Positions 40,350 through 52,508 are shown, numbered from the stretch's first letter. The stretch: DNA of 64,000 bases from Octopus sinensis (GCF_006345805.1 NC_043002.1:102362001-102426000); one strand, 5' to 3'. Program-made: numbers and translations. The notes: generated by a model not told the origin, from the letters alone.

Positions 40350-41079
40350 AGGCATATGTGGGTGCGTGTGTATATATATGCGTATATATATATCTAATGA
40401 TATATATGTATGTATATATATAAAAAATATATGTATATATATATACGCATATGTACGTGCATATATATATATATATGCATGTATATATACATATATGTAT
40501 ATATATATATATTTATGTGTGTATACATGTATATATATATGTATGTATATGCATGTATATATACACATATGTATAATATGGAGATATATGTATATACGTA
40601 TATATATATACATATTATCTGTATATATATATATATACACACTATATCTGTATATATATATATACACATATATCTGTATAATATATATTATATATCTATA
40701 TAACACACTATATATCTGTATATATATATATATACCACACATATATATCTGTATGTATTATATATATATCTATATATATATATACACACATATATATCTG
40801 TATGTATATGTATATATATATACACACATATATCTGTATGTATATTATATATATATATACATACACATATATATCTGTAATGTATATGTATATATATATA
40901 TATCTACACACATATATATATATATGTATGTATATATATATATATACTATATATATATATATATATATAATACACACATATATATCTGTATGTATATATA
41001 TTATATACACACACATATATATCTGTATGTACAATATCTATATAATACACACATATAATATCTGTATGTATATATGTAT

Positions 41080-41120
<41 letters not shown>
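40350..41120. repeat. Compound TA microsatellite/minisatellite
   Basis: Directly visible, with recurring ACACATATATATCTGTATG units. Confidence 0.92.
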
Positions 41121-41124
41121 TATA

Positions 41125-41345
41125 ACACAAAGTAAGTTTCGGGGTAATGGGTGTAACCCACGACGGGATAGTATTATACTGTTGGTAAAGTACCCAGATT
41201 CTTAATACATAAATATTTTCAATTGCAATGCAATTAACTCATTTATTGTACTAAACGGGTGAAGGTAAAGAAATATTTTGACCGTTAATTTATAATACAA
41301 ATAAGAAAATGGAGAAACAATTTAGTTTGTTCATCAACTTTCAGA
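41125..41345 (-). repeat. Partial copy of the hammerhead-bearing repeat at 44385-44990
   Basis: Shared ACCCAC..GGGATA, TTAATACATAAAT, AAGGTAAA and TAATACAAA(A)TAAGAAAATGGAGAA blocks. Confidence 0.75.
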
Positions 41346-41430
41346 TATTAGAATGTTACACATATGTATACACACACATACACAGACATATTTATGTATA
41401 TAAGATATATGTATATGCACACACACATAA

Positions 41431-41475
<45 letters not shown>

Positions 41476-41482
41476 CACACAC

Positions 41483-41530
<48 letters not shown>

Positions 41531-41613
41531 TACAGATATATGTATAATATATATATAGATATGATATATCTATATATATATACACGTATGGATATATGTA
41601 TATATATACATAC

Positions 41614-41662
<49 letters not shown>

Positions 41663-41716
41663 ATACACATAAAGATATATGCATATAAACATGTGTGTGT
41701 GTGTGTGTGTGTGTAT

Positions 41717-41877
41717 GTGTGTGGTATGTAGCTTGTTCACCAACCACATGGTTCCGGGTTCAGTCCCACTGCGTGGTAACTTGGGCAAGTGACTTCTACT
41801 ATAGCATCCGGTCCACCAAAGCCTTGTGAGTGGACCTGTAGACGGAAACTGAAAGAAGCCCGTCGTATATATGTATT

Positions 41878-41914
<37 letters not shown>

Positions 41915-41930
41915 CCAGCATCCCTTGACA
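41717..41930 (+). mobile_element. SINE family D 5' half, joined to an RTE LINE
   Basis: GGTTCAGTCCCACTGCGTGG...GGAAACTGAAAGAAGCCCGTCG(TA)n(TG)n...CTTGACA, then LINE sequence. Confidence 0.88.
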
Positions 41931-43208
41931 GAATCAAAGATATTTACCTCTATCATAAGAGACCCTTTGTATGCTGATGATTGTGAGCTAGTAGCACACA
42001 CAGAGATTGATATGCAACACATTTTGAATACATTCTCTGATGCTTGCACTGCCTTAGGATTGACAGTCAATCTCAAGAAAACTTGTCATGCATCAACCTG
42101 TCCCTGGTAAGCAGTATAGTGTACCAAATATTTATGTGAATGGTAAACGACTTGATGTAGTCGATCAGTGTGTCTACCTGGGAAGCACTATTAATGGATA
42201 TGGCAATGTGGATGATGAAGTTCCATATAGAATTAGGAAAGCAGGTGTTGCTTTCGGAAGGCTAGAAAAGCGCATCTGGAATCGGCGAGACATATGCAGA
42301 AAGACAAAGATAAAGGTGTACAAGGCATATGTGCTCCCTTCTCTTCTCTATGCCTGCGACACGTGGGTCACATATCGATACCACCTTAAACATCTGGAAC
42401 GTTTCCATCAGATGTGCCTCAGACGGATCTATAGCATTAACTAGAAGGACCGGCTCAGTGATCTTGAAATACTCGAAGGCTCTCGGGGTGTAAGTATAGA
42501 AGCTCTTGCGTTAAAGCAAAGGCTCAGGTGGAGTGGTCATCTGGTCAGAATGAAGGATTCAAGGATGCCAAAACAACTCTTTTATGGAGAGTTAGCTAAA
42601 GGAGAACGACCTCCACATAAACCAAAAAAGAGGTATAAGGACTTACTGAAGGCTTCCTTAAGAGATGCTTGCATCTCTCCTGACACATGGGAAGGCATAG
42701 CTATTGATCGTAGCAGGTGGAGAAGGATTGTGCATGAGGGGACAGCCACGTTTGGGAAATCTCGAGTTGCACATGAGAAAGAAAGGAGGGATGTCAGGAA
42801 GGGCATCGCTGTTACACTTCCAGAAGGGAAGGGTCTTCCTTTGATTCTGACATGCAATGTCTGTGCAAGACCCTGCCTCAGTAAAGCTGGACTCATGAGT
42901 CATCTTCGTAGTCATAAACAAGACAGATGAGTGACAACCTGGCCATAGTGGTGCTGCAACAACCATACTAATCATATCTGTCGGGCATGTGGAAGAGAGT
43001 GGTAATTCGGCAGGAGGACTAAAAGACATGCAAGGTACATGAAGCCCAGTTACAACTACAACCGGCTATTAAGAGTAAAGTCTTAGTTGCCAATTTTGTA
43101 CAAGACAATGTAGATCTTTAGCTGGGCTAAAAAGTCACATTCGATCACAGCACCAGTAACAGTTAAGCTTCGTGCAATGGCCATACTCGATAACGAGGGG
43201 GCAGCCAT
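41931..43208 (+). mobile_element. 5'-truncated RTE (BovB-like) LINE with C-terminal C2H2 fingers
   Basis: LYADDCELVAH (YADD at ~41970), VYLGS, AFGRL, KIKVYKAYVLPSLLYACDTW, LRWSGHLVRM, RMPKQLFYGEL, then three C2H2-like units. Confidence 0.95.
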
Positions 43209-43210
43209 AA

Positions 43211-43636
43211 CGTATATATATACATACATACATTTATATATATACATATGTATATATACTTATATTATTATATACTATACATATGTAAATATATACATAT
43301 ATTATATATATATATACATATGTATATATACTTATATATATATACATATATACTTATATGTATATATATACATATATACTTATATGTATATATATACATA
43401 TACTACATATTATTATCTATATATAGATATATATATATACATATTATCTATCTATATATATATTATATATAAATATTATATATATATATATATAATACAT
43501 ATTATCTATCTATATATATAATATATATTATATATATTATAATATATATATATATATACATATTATCTATATATTATATATATATATATATATATATTAA
43601 TATACTATATAAATATATTATATATATACATATCTC

Positions 43637-43669
<33 letters not shown>

Positions 43670-44380
43670 CTATATATATATACATATATACTATCTATCT
43701 ATCTATCTATATATAATAATATATATATATAGATATACATATACATATCTATCTATATCTATATCTATATATATAAATATATATAAATATATATACATAT
43801 ACATATTATCTTCTATATATAGATATATACATATATATAAATATATATATATATATATATTATATATATAATATATATAAATTATCTATATATCTATCAT
43901 AATATATATATATATATAATATATATATATATAGACATATATACATATCATCATCTATCTATCTATATATATATATATATATCAAATTATATATATATAT
44001 ACAATATACATATCTATCTAATCTATCTATCTATATATATATCATATATATCCTATATATCTATTACATATATACATATTTATCTATCATCTATATAATA
44101 TATATAAATATTATATATATACATATCTATCTATCAGATATATATATATATATTATATATATAAATATAATATATATATATATACAAATACATATCTATC
44201 TTCTAATATATATATATAGATATCTAGTATATTATATATATATATACATTATAATATCTATCTACTATTATATATATCATATATATTATATATATATTAC
44301 ATATATACATATCTTCTATCTATCTATATATTATATATATATATATAATGTATATATATATATATATATGTATATATAAA
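43211..44380. repeat. Long (TA)n-derived low-complexity tract
   Basis: Directly visible. Confidence 0.95.
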
Positions 44381-44384
44381 TTGA

Positions 44385-44990
44385 GATCGGTGTATGAGTC
44401 ACCCACAATGGGATAATATATATCCTATATACTGCCAGTAAACCACCCAACAAAGTTAATACATAAATGGTTAAGAATTGCGATACATCTAATTTCTATA
44501 TTGTATTATATGGGCAAAGGTAAAATGGTTTTACCACACAATTAATAATACAAAATAAGAAAATGGAGAAAGAACACTTAATCAATAATCAACTACCAGA
44601 TAATACCCAATCACATAATTTATAACCAACTACATATGAACATCAAGGTCAAACACAATAGTACAGAACAAAACAATGCATATCAATGAGTAATATGATA
44701 CAATAAGTACAATGTGTATAAGTGAATATAAATATAATCTACATCTTACAGCTGTTTCAGCCCTGTAGATATGGGTATCTCATTATGCCCATATTAGCCA
44801 GGTGTGATAAGTTATTATGTGGTTATAAATGAGACACTTACAAAAATATTCCAAGGCCTCTTCAGAGATTATAAAGTACAATCTAAATATGAATATCAGA
44901 GGAGGTACACCCATATAAGAGCTGAGTCATCTAAATATTTGAAATCATAGAAAAATGCAATAAAACTAAGGAACAAAATTCCAGGTAAAG
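44385..44990 (-). mobile_element. Putative Penelope-like pseudo-LTR / retrozyme-type repeat containing a hammerhead
   Basis: Homologous to 41125-41345 and contains a hammerhead core. The PLE assignment rests on the known association of minimal hammerheads with PLEs; no PLE ORF is seen. Confidence 0.55.
44742..44870 (-). ncRNA. Type I minimal hammerhead ribozyme
   Basis: Minus strand: AUCU-CUGAAGA-GGCCUUG-[86 nt]-CAGGGCU-GAAA-CAGCUG-UA/AGAU. All core residues are present, with a predicted GUA cleavage site between 44747 and 44746. Confidence 0.8.
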
Positions 44991-45047
44991 CATGTGGCAA
45001 AGAACCAGAACGTAGTAATTTTCACCGAAATAGAGTTTTTTTAAAAA

Positions 45048-45220
45048 AATATACTCTGATAAATTGATATGAGTACTTCTGTTAATATGCGTATATATTT
45101 TTTCAAATGCAATTTATTATATTTCTATCGTAAAACTAATACTTCAGGATCACTATTTTTAATGATAGTTCCAATTATTTATTTTTATTAATTTTATTTT
45201 CAAATTAGTTTATTTGTTTC
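45048..45220 (+). repeat. Direct repeat copy 2 (partner 39931-40080)
   Basis: See partner. Confidence 0.85.
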
Positions 45221-45867
45221 CTAATATATTTCATTTATCGCACTTACTAAATATACGCAACTATGTGATATGTGACATGGTGTAATCTCCAATCTCTTAA
45301 TGAAAGCTAATTATGCATTGATCATATAAAATCTTGTATTTTCTTTTGAAATATAAGAGCTATTATGAGATAAGTATATTGTGTTGCGTAAGTTGATCAA
45401 AGCATGTAATTTCATTGAAATTATAATAATATGCAGTAAATATAATTAATTACGTCATCTATGCTGTTTATCACATTTTTAGCATTCTTATCAGACGTAT
45501 TCAAACATATTTAATTCTGGTTAATAAAAAAAGATATACACCAACGCCAAATACATTCTACCTGCACAAATCTTTTATTTCTCTGTTTAAAATAATTATT
45601 TAAATCTTATATTGATATAGCAGCTCTCTTTCTGCAATTTCTTTCAAAAGATAAGCCTGTTCTTTATATTTCCATTCTTTCGTGGTTAATATTTCAGATT
45701 TTCAGCAAATATTACCGTTAAACCTATCACTCATCCAGTTAAGTCCATCCTAACTTCATGCCAGAAAAAAACCATTGGCCGCCAGATTAAAACCACCAAA
45801 TATCAAAAAGTAAAAGGCACGATTACCATTTGCGAGACTACATGTGTGTGAGAGTGTGTGTGTGTAT

Positions 45868-45908
<41 letters not shown>

Positions 45909-45915
45909 GATACAA

Positions 45916-46056
45916 TACTTATTCTATCTGTGTATTTTGCCAAATCACTAAGTTTCGGGGAGGTAAATACACCAACATAGGTTGGCAAGCGATGGTGCGA
46001 GTACAAACACAGATAACACATAGATACACACATAAATATAAATATATATATGCATA

Positions 46057-46103
<47 letters not shown>

Positions 46104-46240
46104 TGTGTACACGACGAACATCTTTCAGTGCCCGCCTATCAAATCCATTCACAAGGCTTTGGTTGGCTCGAGGCAATACTAAAAGACACTTGCCGAAGGC
46201 CTTCGTAGTGGGACTGACCATGGACCATGTGGTTAGGAAT
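45916..46240 (-). mobile_element. Degenerate SINE family D
   Basis: TACTTATTCTATC...CTTTCAGT...AAATCCATTCACAAGGCTTTGGT...GACACTTGCC...GTGGGACTGA. Confidence 0.85.
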
Positions 46241-46530
46241 CATGATGTTAGTATTATTATTGTTTTTAGTATAATGATGTTATCATCATCATCATTATTA
46301 TTATGCTGACGCTCTAAGAACGAAAAAAAATTTTTTAAGGAAATATTATAGAATAAATGTATAACGCGTCGGACATAACTTTTTGTCTAACAACCCGAAT
46401 AAAATTATGGAAGTTGAGAAAAAATAATGAAAATGAGATAAGTGGAGAGAACAAGGTAAAGGAATGTAAATAAAAAAACCAAGTAGATAGATCGATCTTA
46501 CTGATCTATTACTATTTTGTTTTTTTCTCT

Positions 46531-46907
46531 AGTGGCTGTGTGGTAAGTAGCTTGCTTACCAACCACATGGTTACAGGTTCAGTCCCACTGCGTGTCGCCT
46601 TGGGCTAGTGTCTTCTACTATAGCCTCGGACTGACCACAACCTTTTGAGTGGATTTGGTAAACGGAAACTGAAAGAAGCCCGTCGTATATATGTATATAT
46701 ATATGTGTGTGTGTGTGTTTATCTCCCCCCACATCGCTTGACAACCGATGTTGGTGTGGTTACGCCCCCGTAATTTAGAGGTTCGGCAAAAGAGAACGAT
46801 AGAATAAGTACTAGGCTTACAAAGAATAAGTCCTGAGGTTGATTTGCTCGACTAAAGGCGGTGCTCCAGCATGGCCACAGTCACATGACTGAAAAGACTA
46901 AAAGAGT
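46531..46907 (+). mobile_element. Full-length SINE family D
   Basis: TGGCTGTGTGG head, GGTTCAGTCCC B box, CORE-like segment, internal (TA)(TG) repeat, and GCTCCAGCATGGCCACAGTC tail. Confidence 0.92.
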
Positions 46908-47335
46908 ATATATAAATATGTGTATATGTATATATAAGTGTGCGCGTGTATGTGCGTGCGCGTCTGTGCGTAATGTATTCCGTAGCGTATGACGCACGTT
47001 GTTAAGAGATATAAAAAAAATTAAAAACATAAGTCGTACGTCATAAAATGTTGAATGCTTGAAATTATTTTAGCTACTATTTTAAGAATTATACAATAAA
47101 TTATGTATATCATTATTAGAAAAAAAAATCATCAGATTTCAGAAACAAAGTCCCGTAATGGAAGCAAGTTCATCAAACAAGGAGAATACATGAATCATAT
47201 GTAAAAACTTTTGAAGTCGGTAACCGCTTTGAACTGGAGGAAGCTTTCGCTTGTATCGAAATCTGTCTCATTGAGAAGTAATAGTTTTGCTTAATATTAC
47301 TCGTGCTACATTTCTTCATCACTTTTATAAGAATA

Positions 47336-47539
47336 CAGTACAATCACGCAGTACGAGTGACGCATTGTACGAGTGATTTGCTGTACGAGCCGAGATTCGT
47401 GCGAAATTTTGTCTTGAATTACGAGCACACAAATCCTCCAATCTTTAAGGTGACTGACTTAATAAAACGAGTTTATGTATTTCTTTTGCATTCTCTTTAT
47501 ATATATATATATATAGTTTCAAGTAAAATCAGAATTGTG

Positions 47540-47594
<55 letters not shown>

Positions 47595-47776
47595 ATTGCG
47601 ATTTTATTTGAAACTACATTTTTTCTGTTATAAACCCATATTTTTGAGTGGTTTTGTTGGGCTAGAAAGGTTTAATTATATTTTAATTAATTTCAAAGGG
47701 GAACATTGATTCGTAAAACAAGTAAATCGTAAGCCGGTCATGGAATGAACTGAACTCGTACTGCCAGGTATCAGTG
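47336..47776. mobile_element. Tigger/pogo-like MITE with TA TSD
   Basis: TA|CAGTACAATCACGCAGTACGAGT ... ACTCGTACTGCCAGGTATCAGTG|TA; internal TACGAG subrepeats. Confidence 0.75.
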
Positions 47777-49074
47777 TACTTTTATTTGAAGGCTTACGAA
47801 AAATTTTTCACCCAATCAGCTATATCCTTATATCCTTTCCTCTGACAAGCTGTGGGGAATTATTTCTCATTTACTACAACTCGAAAACTGAAATTTGAAA
47901 TCCCTCAACGCATAAAATGCGTGACGTCTATGTTCATAAGTTTGTGCATCTCTTGAATCTACAAAATCGACGTTTTTATTTGGAGTGACACCGAAAACAA
48001 CGAATTTCTTCCACGTTCCTTATTTGTGCAATTTTTAAAAAATCTTAATTGTTAGTCCAAAATTAAAGTATTTGAAATTTCTAGCGCATATTCTGAATAA
48101 TTCTCAGGGAAAATTTACAAACGCATATATAATGTATTTTGGTGTATCGTCTAAATCAGCCTTACTTATTCACTCATGAGAAATTAGAAGCTGATACAGG
48201 ATTCGCAGTGTTCGTGTTGTCAGCAAAAATGATCTTCAGAGATTGTCCATATTAGAACTGCTGCCCAACACCGCTTCCATTCATCGACGTATCTAAGCAT
48301 ACTTCCTCTACACTTACAATTCCTGGGAGGGTCATGGCTGTAAAGACAGCTCCTCTATTAGGTCCAGTCGCAAGGAAAACTTATTAGATTGTCCAGTTAG
48401 ATTCTCGAACGTGACTAACTGAAACCATGGATATTATCCGACCAACTTGTATTTGGTCTAATCTTAGGCCTCCTGTCGGGATATTTATTGAAAATTTGAA
48501 TGAAAAGATATGGTATTTGGAATACATTTTTACAAGTTACTGAATCTCAAATACATTCGCCTTCTTGCGTCCTGCAAATTATGTTACCTTTCTGAGCATT
48601 TTAAATAATATACCCATTATATCAGAGATTGTGTCCATAAAAAAAAAACAATACATACGTGCAGACCTCAAATAACTGTTTAATTCGAAACCTACGACAG
48701 ACATCGGCAAATTAAGGAAAAAAAGTATCCGCGCGAATAATGCGCAGACTAATATATAAGTCCTATTCTGAATACCAAAACATGTGACATACGGAAGATT
48801 ATTTGTGTTGTCCAAATGGCTTCTCTCATAATTCTACTCCGTCAGGACTTCTTCGACATTGAAAGCTTCAAAATAATACTAGATATACGAGCCTTGTCTC
48901 CCTTTAATACTCTATCAAATACATCAAAATAAAATGCAAGGCTTTATTGACGAAGCATTTGATCGAATGCTTCTGAAAGAGAGATGTGTTCTTTATGACC
49001 AGAATACAGTTTATCATTGGTCTCCTTCACCAGAAAAAACAAAGAGTTAAATAATATATAATTTAGTGTTTCCA

Positions 49075-49121
<47 letters not shown>

Positions 49122-49188
49122 AGGAATTAATAATTAATAAAAATCTGTTTTTATATAATCACATATGTATGTGCGTGCGCATGTATGT

Positions 49189-49258
<70 letters not shown>

Positions 49259-50155
49259 GTACATACCTGTATGTCAGTAAATATGTATGTATGTATGTAT
49301 ATTGGAATTCTATTTTCATACGCCACATATTCGTGATATACTACCGTAGAAAAGAATATTTTGGTAGAAAAAGTGTAGCAAAAATATAAGATATTCATAA
49401 GATAAAGCAGAACTATATATATGTGATTTTATCTGTGATATAACCGCCATTTTCTCAGATATAAAACAAGTACCTGCCGAATTCAATACCAAAAAAACCT
49501 CTTTTTTTTCACAGAACGTGAACAAATTTAAATTGACGTTATCTACATAAAACTTATGTTACTACTACTACTACTACTACTAGTGCTACTACTACCACCA
49601 CCACCACCACCACCTTATATTGTAATTTATTCTGTCAACATGAACTCACATATCTTTCATTGTAGTTCTATCACAGTTCTAGAAAAATAATAAAGACAAT
49701 CTGCAATGTACATATAGTATACGCACACACACGCGCGCGCATATACACACACACATGCGTGCGCATATATATACACACACGCGTGCGCATATATACACAC
49801 ACACACGTGCATATATATACACACACACACACATACACACTATGGTATACTCGCACACATGCGTACATGATTTTCCTTCAGTTATTCTTGTAATGCTTCA
49901 GCCGTTGATCTGCGGCCATGCTGGACCACCACCTACATTCTATCAGTTTTGTTGTCGATTTATGTATGGAAGGCGGTCTACGATTAAATTTGTTGCAGCT
50001 TATTATCAGTGTGTCCTTAAATGTTTGGCAGCACAGATGGGACTTTGTAGAATGTTTTTTTCTATGTTTGAGTAAAAACTCCCCTTGTATAATTCTCATG
50101 TTTTTTTTTTTTTATGTAAAAAGTAGAACAATTTTGAACCGCAATTTCACGAGGG

Positions 50156-50347
50156 GTGGGGAGGGGTATTAAAAAAAATCTGGTGATCAGCGCGAAACCA
50201 AAAGCTCTCAGTAATCTGGACCAGAGCATCATAAATGCTTGGCAAAATATTACTCCGGAGTTGTGCAAAAAATTAAAGGATTCAAACATTAAACAATGTC
50301 GTAAATATATTGCAAATAACGTTTTACATTCGGAACATTTGCTGTAA
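50156..50347 (+). mobile_element. Tc1/mariner-superfamily transposase C-terminal remnant
   Basis: IKKNLVISAKPKALSNLDQSIINAWQNITPELCKKL...CRKYIANNVLHSEHLL* resembles the LKxxVYxxKPxxLxELxxxI...CIxxxGxHFEHLL tail. Confidence 0.6.
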
Positions 50348-50759
50348 TAATATGTAATAAGAATTTCTGTTGCATTTCTTTGTAACCTTTAACAATATAT
50401 AGGATTGGGTTACTTCTGGGCCGCTCAGTATATATATATATATATATACGTTTATATATTTGTTTGCAAGATTCTTGATTTGAAATCGTGTGTTGAAACA
50501 TGCTGTCGTATTTAGGAATGGTCACTTTGCCAGTTTAGCCAATAAATAAAATTAAGATTAATGTAAAAAATAAATAAAGCTGAAGCAAATTAATACCAAA
50601 TATATAGTGCGGGTGTATTTAAAAGCTAAACTGGTAAAATGACAATACAACAATATATATATATAAATATATTATAACATTTTGAAGGCTCGCAATGAAG
50701 CAATTGCACACCCACACACATATATATAGAGAGGGGGAATGGATAGAGAGATAGGTAGA

Positions 50760-50915
50760 AATTTGAAATTCCGGCACAAGGCCAGCAAATTTGGGAATGG
50801 AATGAAGAAAGGCAGAGTTGACTTCGTCGGAATTTTGAGTCACAACATAAGGAAGGACGAACTGCCGCTAAGCAATCTTGCCCGGTGCGGTACTGCTTCT
50901 GCCAGCTCGCCGTCT
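50760..50915 (-). mobile_element. Degenerate SINE family B
   Basis: GGCACAAGGCC...GTTGACTTCGTCGGAATTT...CCGCTAAGCA...TTCTGCCAGCTCGCCG. Confidence 0.8.
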
Positions 50916-51450
50916 TATGTAAATATACAGATATAGACATGTGTTTGTATGGGAATAATCTGTAAATAGATATATCCAGTAAAAACGGCAAATTTATCTA
51001 CATAAGGAAGATTATTTTTTTATTGCAAATGAATGCTTCTACTTTCGTCATTCAGGAGGCAGATGTTGTATGGAACAAACACCATGCTTGGTTCCATATA
51101 ATTAACTAAACCCCCAGAGAGGGGAACCACCGCAAGGCGCCATTTTAATGACTGAAAACAGAAGAAATAGAAATATACATTGTATTTAGTGCAGATTACG
51201 TTTTTCTGATTTAGCGATAATACACAAAGTGTAATAAAGTTGATAGCTGATCGCTTTAGTAACAGGCTTTACTATATGTAAAGAACACGGCCAACAGCGT
51301 CTGTCTTCGAATCGAAAAACTACAAAGATTAGCACAAAGCGATGAATCAGTTATCTACATTTGTAAAAGAGAACTGAAACACGCAGATATATACATACAC
51401 ACACACGCACTTACACAGATACACGTGAATGAGTGTATACTAAAACCATA

Positions 51451-51489
<39 letters not shown>

Positions 51490-51800
51490 ATTGCTACCAC
51501 AATAATACTATTTTCCAGTGCAATAAAGCACTGTAAAGTTAGAATTATAAATAAGAAATAGTGACACAACGACGTACCAATTTTTACTGGAAATTGCAGT
51601 CGATAACCGTTGGACGCTAGGTAGAGATTCAGTGAAAATATAGAGGCAAAGATGTGTGCAAATGGCGTATATAAAAAAATTTTATCATACCACTGGGAAG
51701 CACATTTTCACTGATCTCGCTTTTGTTTATGGATGGGGTTACTGGCCGAGGATACTGGCATTGGTATAGCGGGTGTTTTAAATTTAGTCTCCTCGGTAGA

Positions 51801-51872
51801 CCTTGCTGAAGAGGACCAATCTGTTTGATGATAAAAATCATAATCTAAAAAGTCCGAAACTCGAGTACTAAC
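51801..51872 (+). ncRNA. Type I minimal hammerhead ribozyme core (stem I degraded)
   Basis: CUGAAGA (51806-12), GGAC, 35 nt, GUCC, GAAA (51856-59), CUCGAG, UA; the core and 4-bp stem II are perfect but stem I pairs poorly. Confidence 0.7.
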
Positions 51873-52464
51873 TTGTCCATTTCTCTGGTGTTCTTCCCAG
51901 ATGCAAGACGACATTTTTTTGTTTTTATATTCACCGTCTGCACATATCTTTCTCTCTATATATTCAGTGTAGGTTTACCTATCGTCGAACGGTTACCGAC
52001 AGATATTTTCAACAGAAAAATGTTACCTAGTTGTGCCACTCTTTCCAATTTATATATGGATGAGGAGGCGCGTGTGTATGTGTGTGTGTGTGTGTGTGTG
52101 TGTATACATGTTTGTGATGGTGGATATGTATGTGTAGACGTATGTATTTATACAGCATAGTGTTTGCAAAAACGTGTCATCTTTCTGCTGTTTGAATTAT
52201 TATCGTTAAGCGAAGAGAAACAACCGTGCTCATACCACTTTTTACGGCCTGCTAGTCTGCTGCAAATGTGCTTCGACAATATCCTTTAAACAGTAATTTT
52301 GTCTTAATATTTACCACAATGCAAATTCCACTGAATTGCCCGATTACCTGATGAAGGTGTTCAAAAGACCGAAGAATTACGTCTAAAATTCCTTTGAAAA
52401 CCTATTGAATTTGTAAGGGTTATTTCTACAGAACTTATAGCTAAAGAACTTATAGCCAGCACAG

Positions 52465-52508
52465 CTGTTTGCTACAACGTTTCGTATCGAGACGTCAGAG
52501 GTAAACAG
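52465..52508 (-). ncRNA. Degenerate minimal hammerhead ribozyme
   Basis: Minus strand: CUGUUUAC-cucugac-GUCUCGAUAC-GAAA-CGUUG-UA-GCAAACAG; stem I 7/8 bp, 5' core scrambled. Confidence 0.5.

Noticed and set aside
52345-52385. Plus-strand CUGAUGA-AGGU...ACC-GAAG hammerhead-like motif
   Set aside because: GAAA is mutated, stem III is malformed and stem I does not pair; too degenerate to call.
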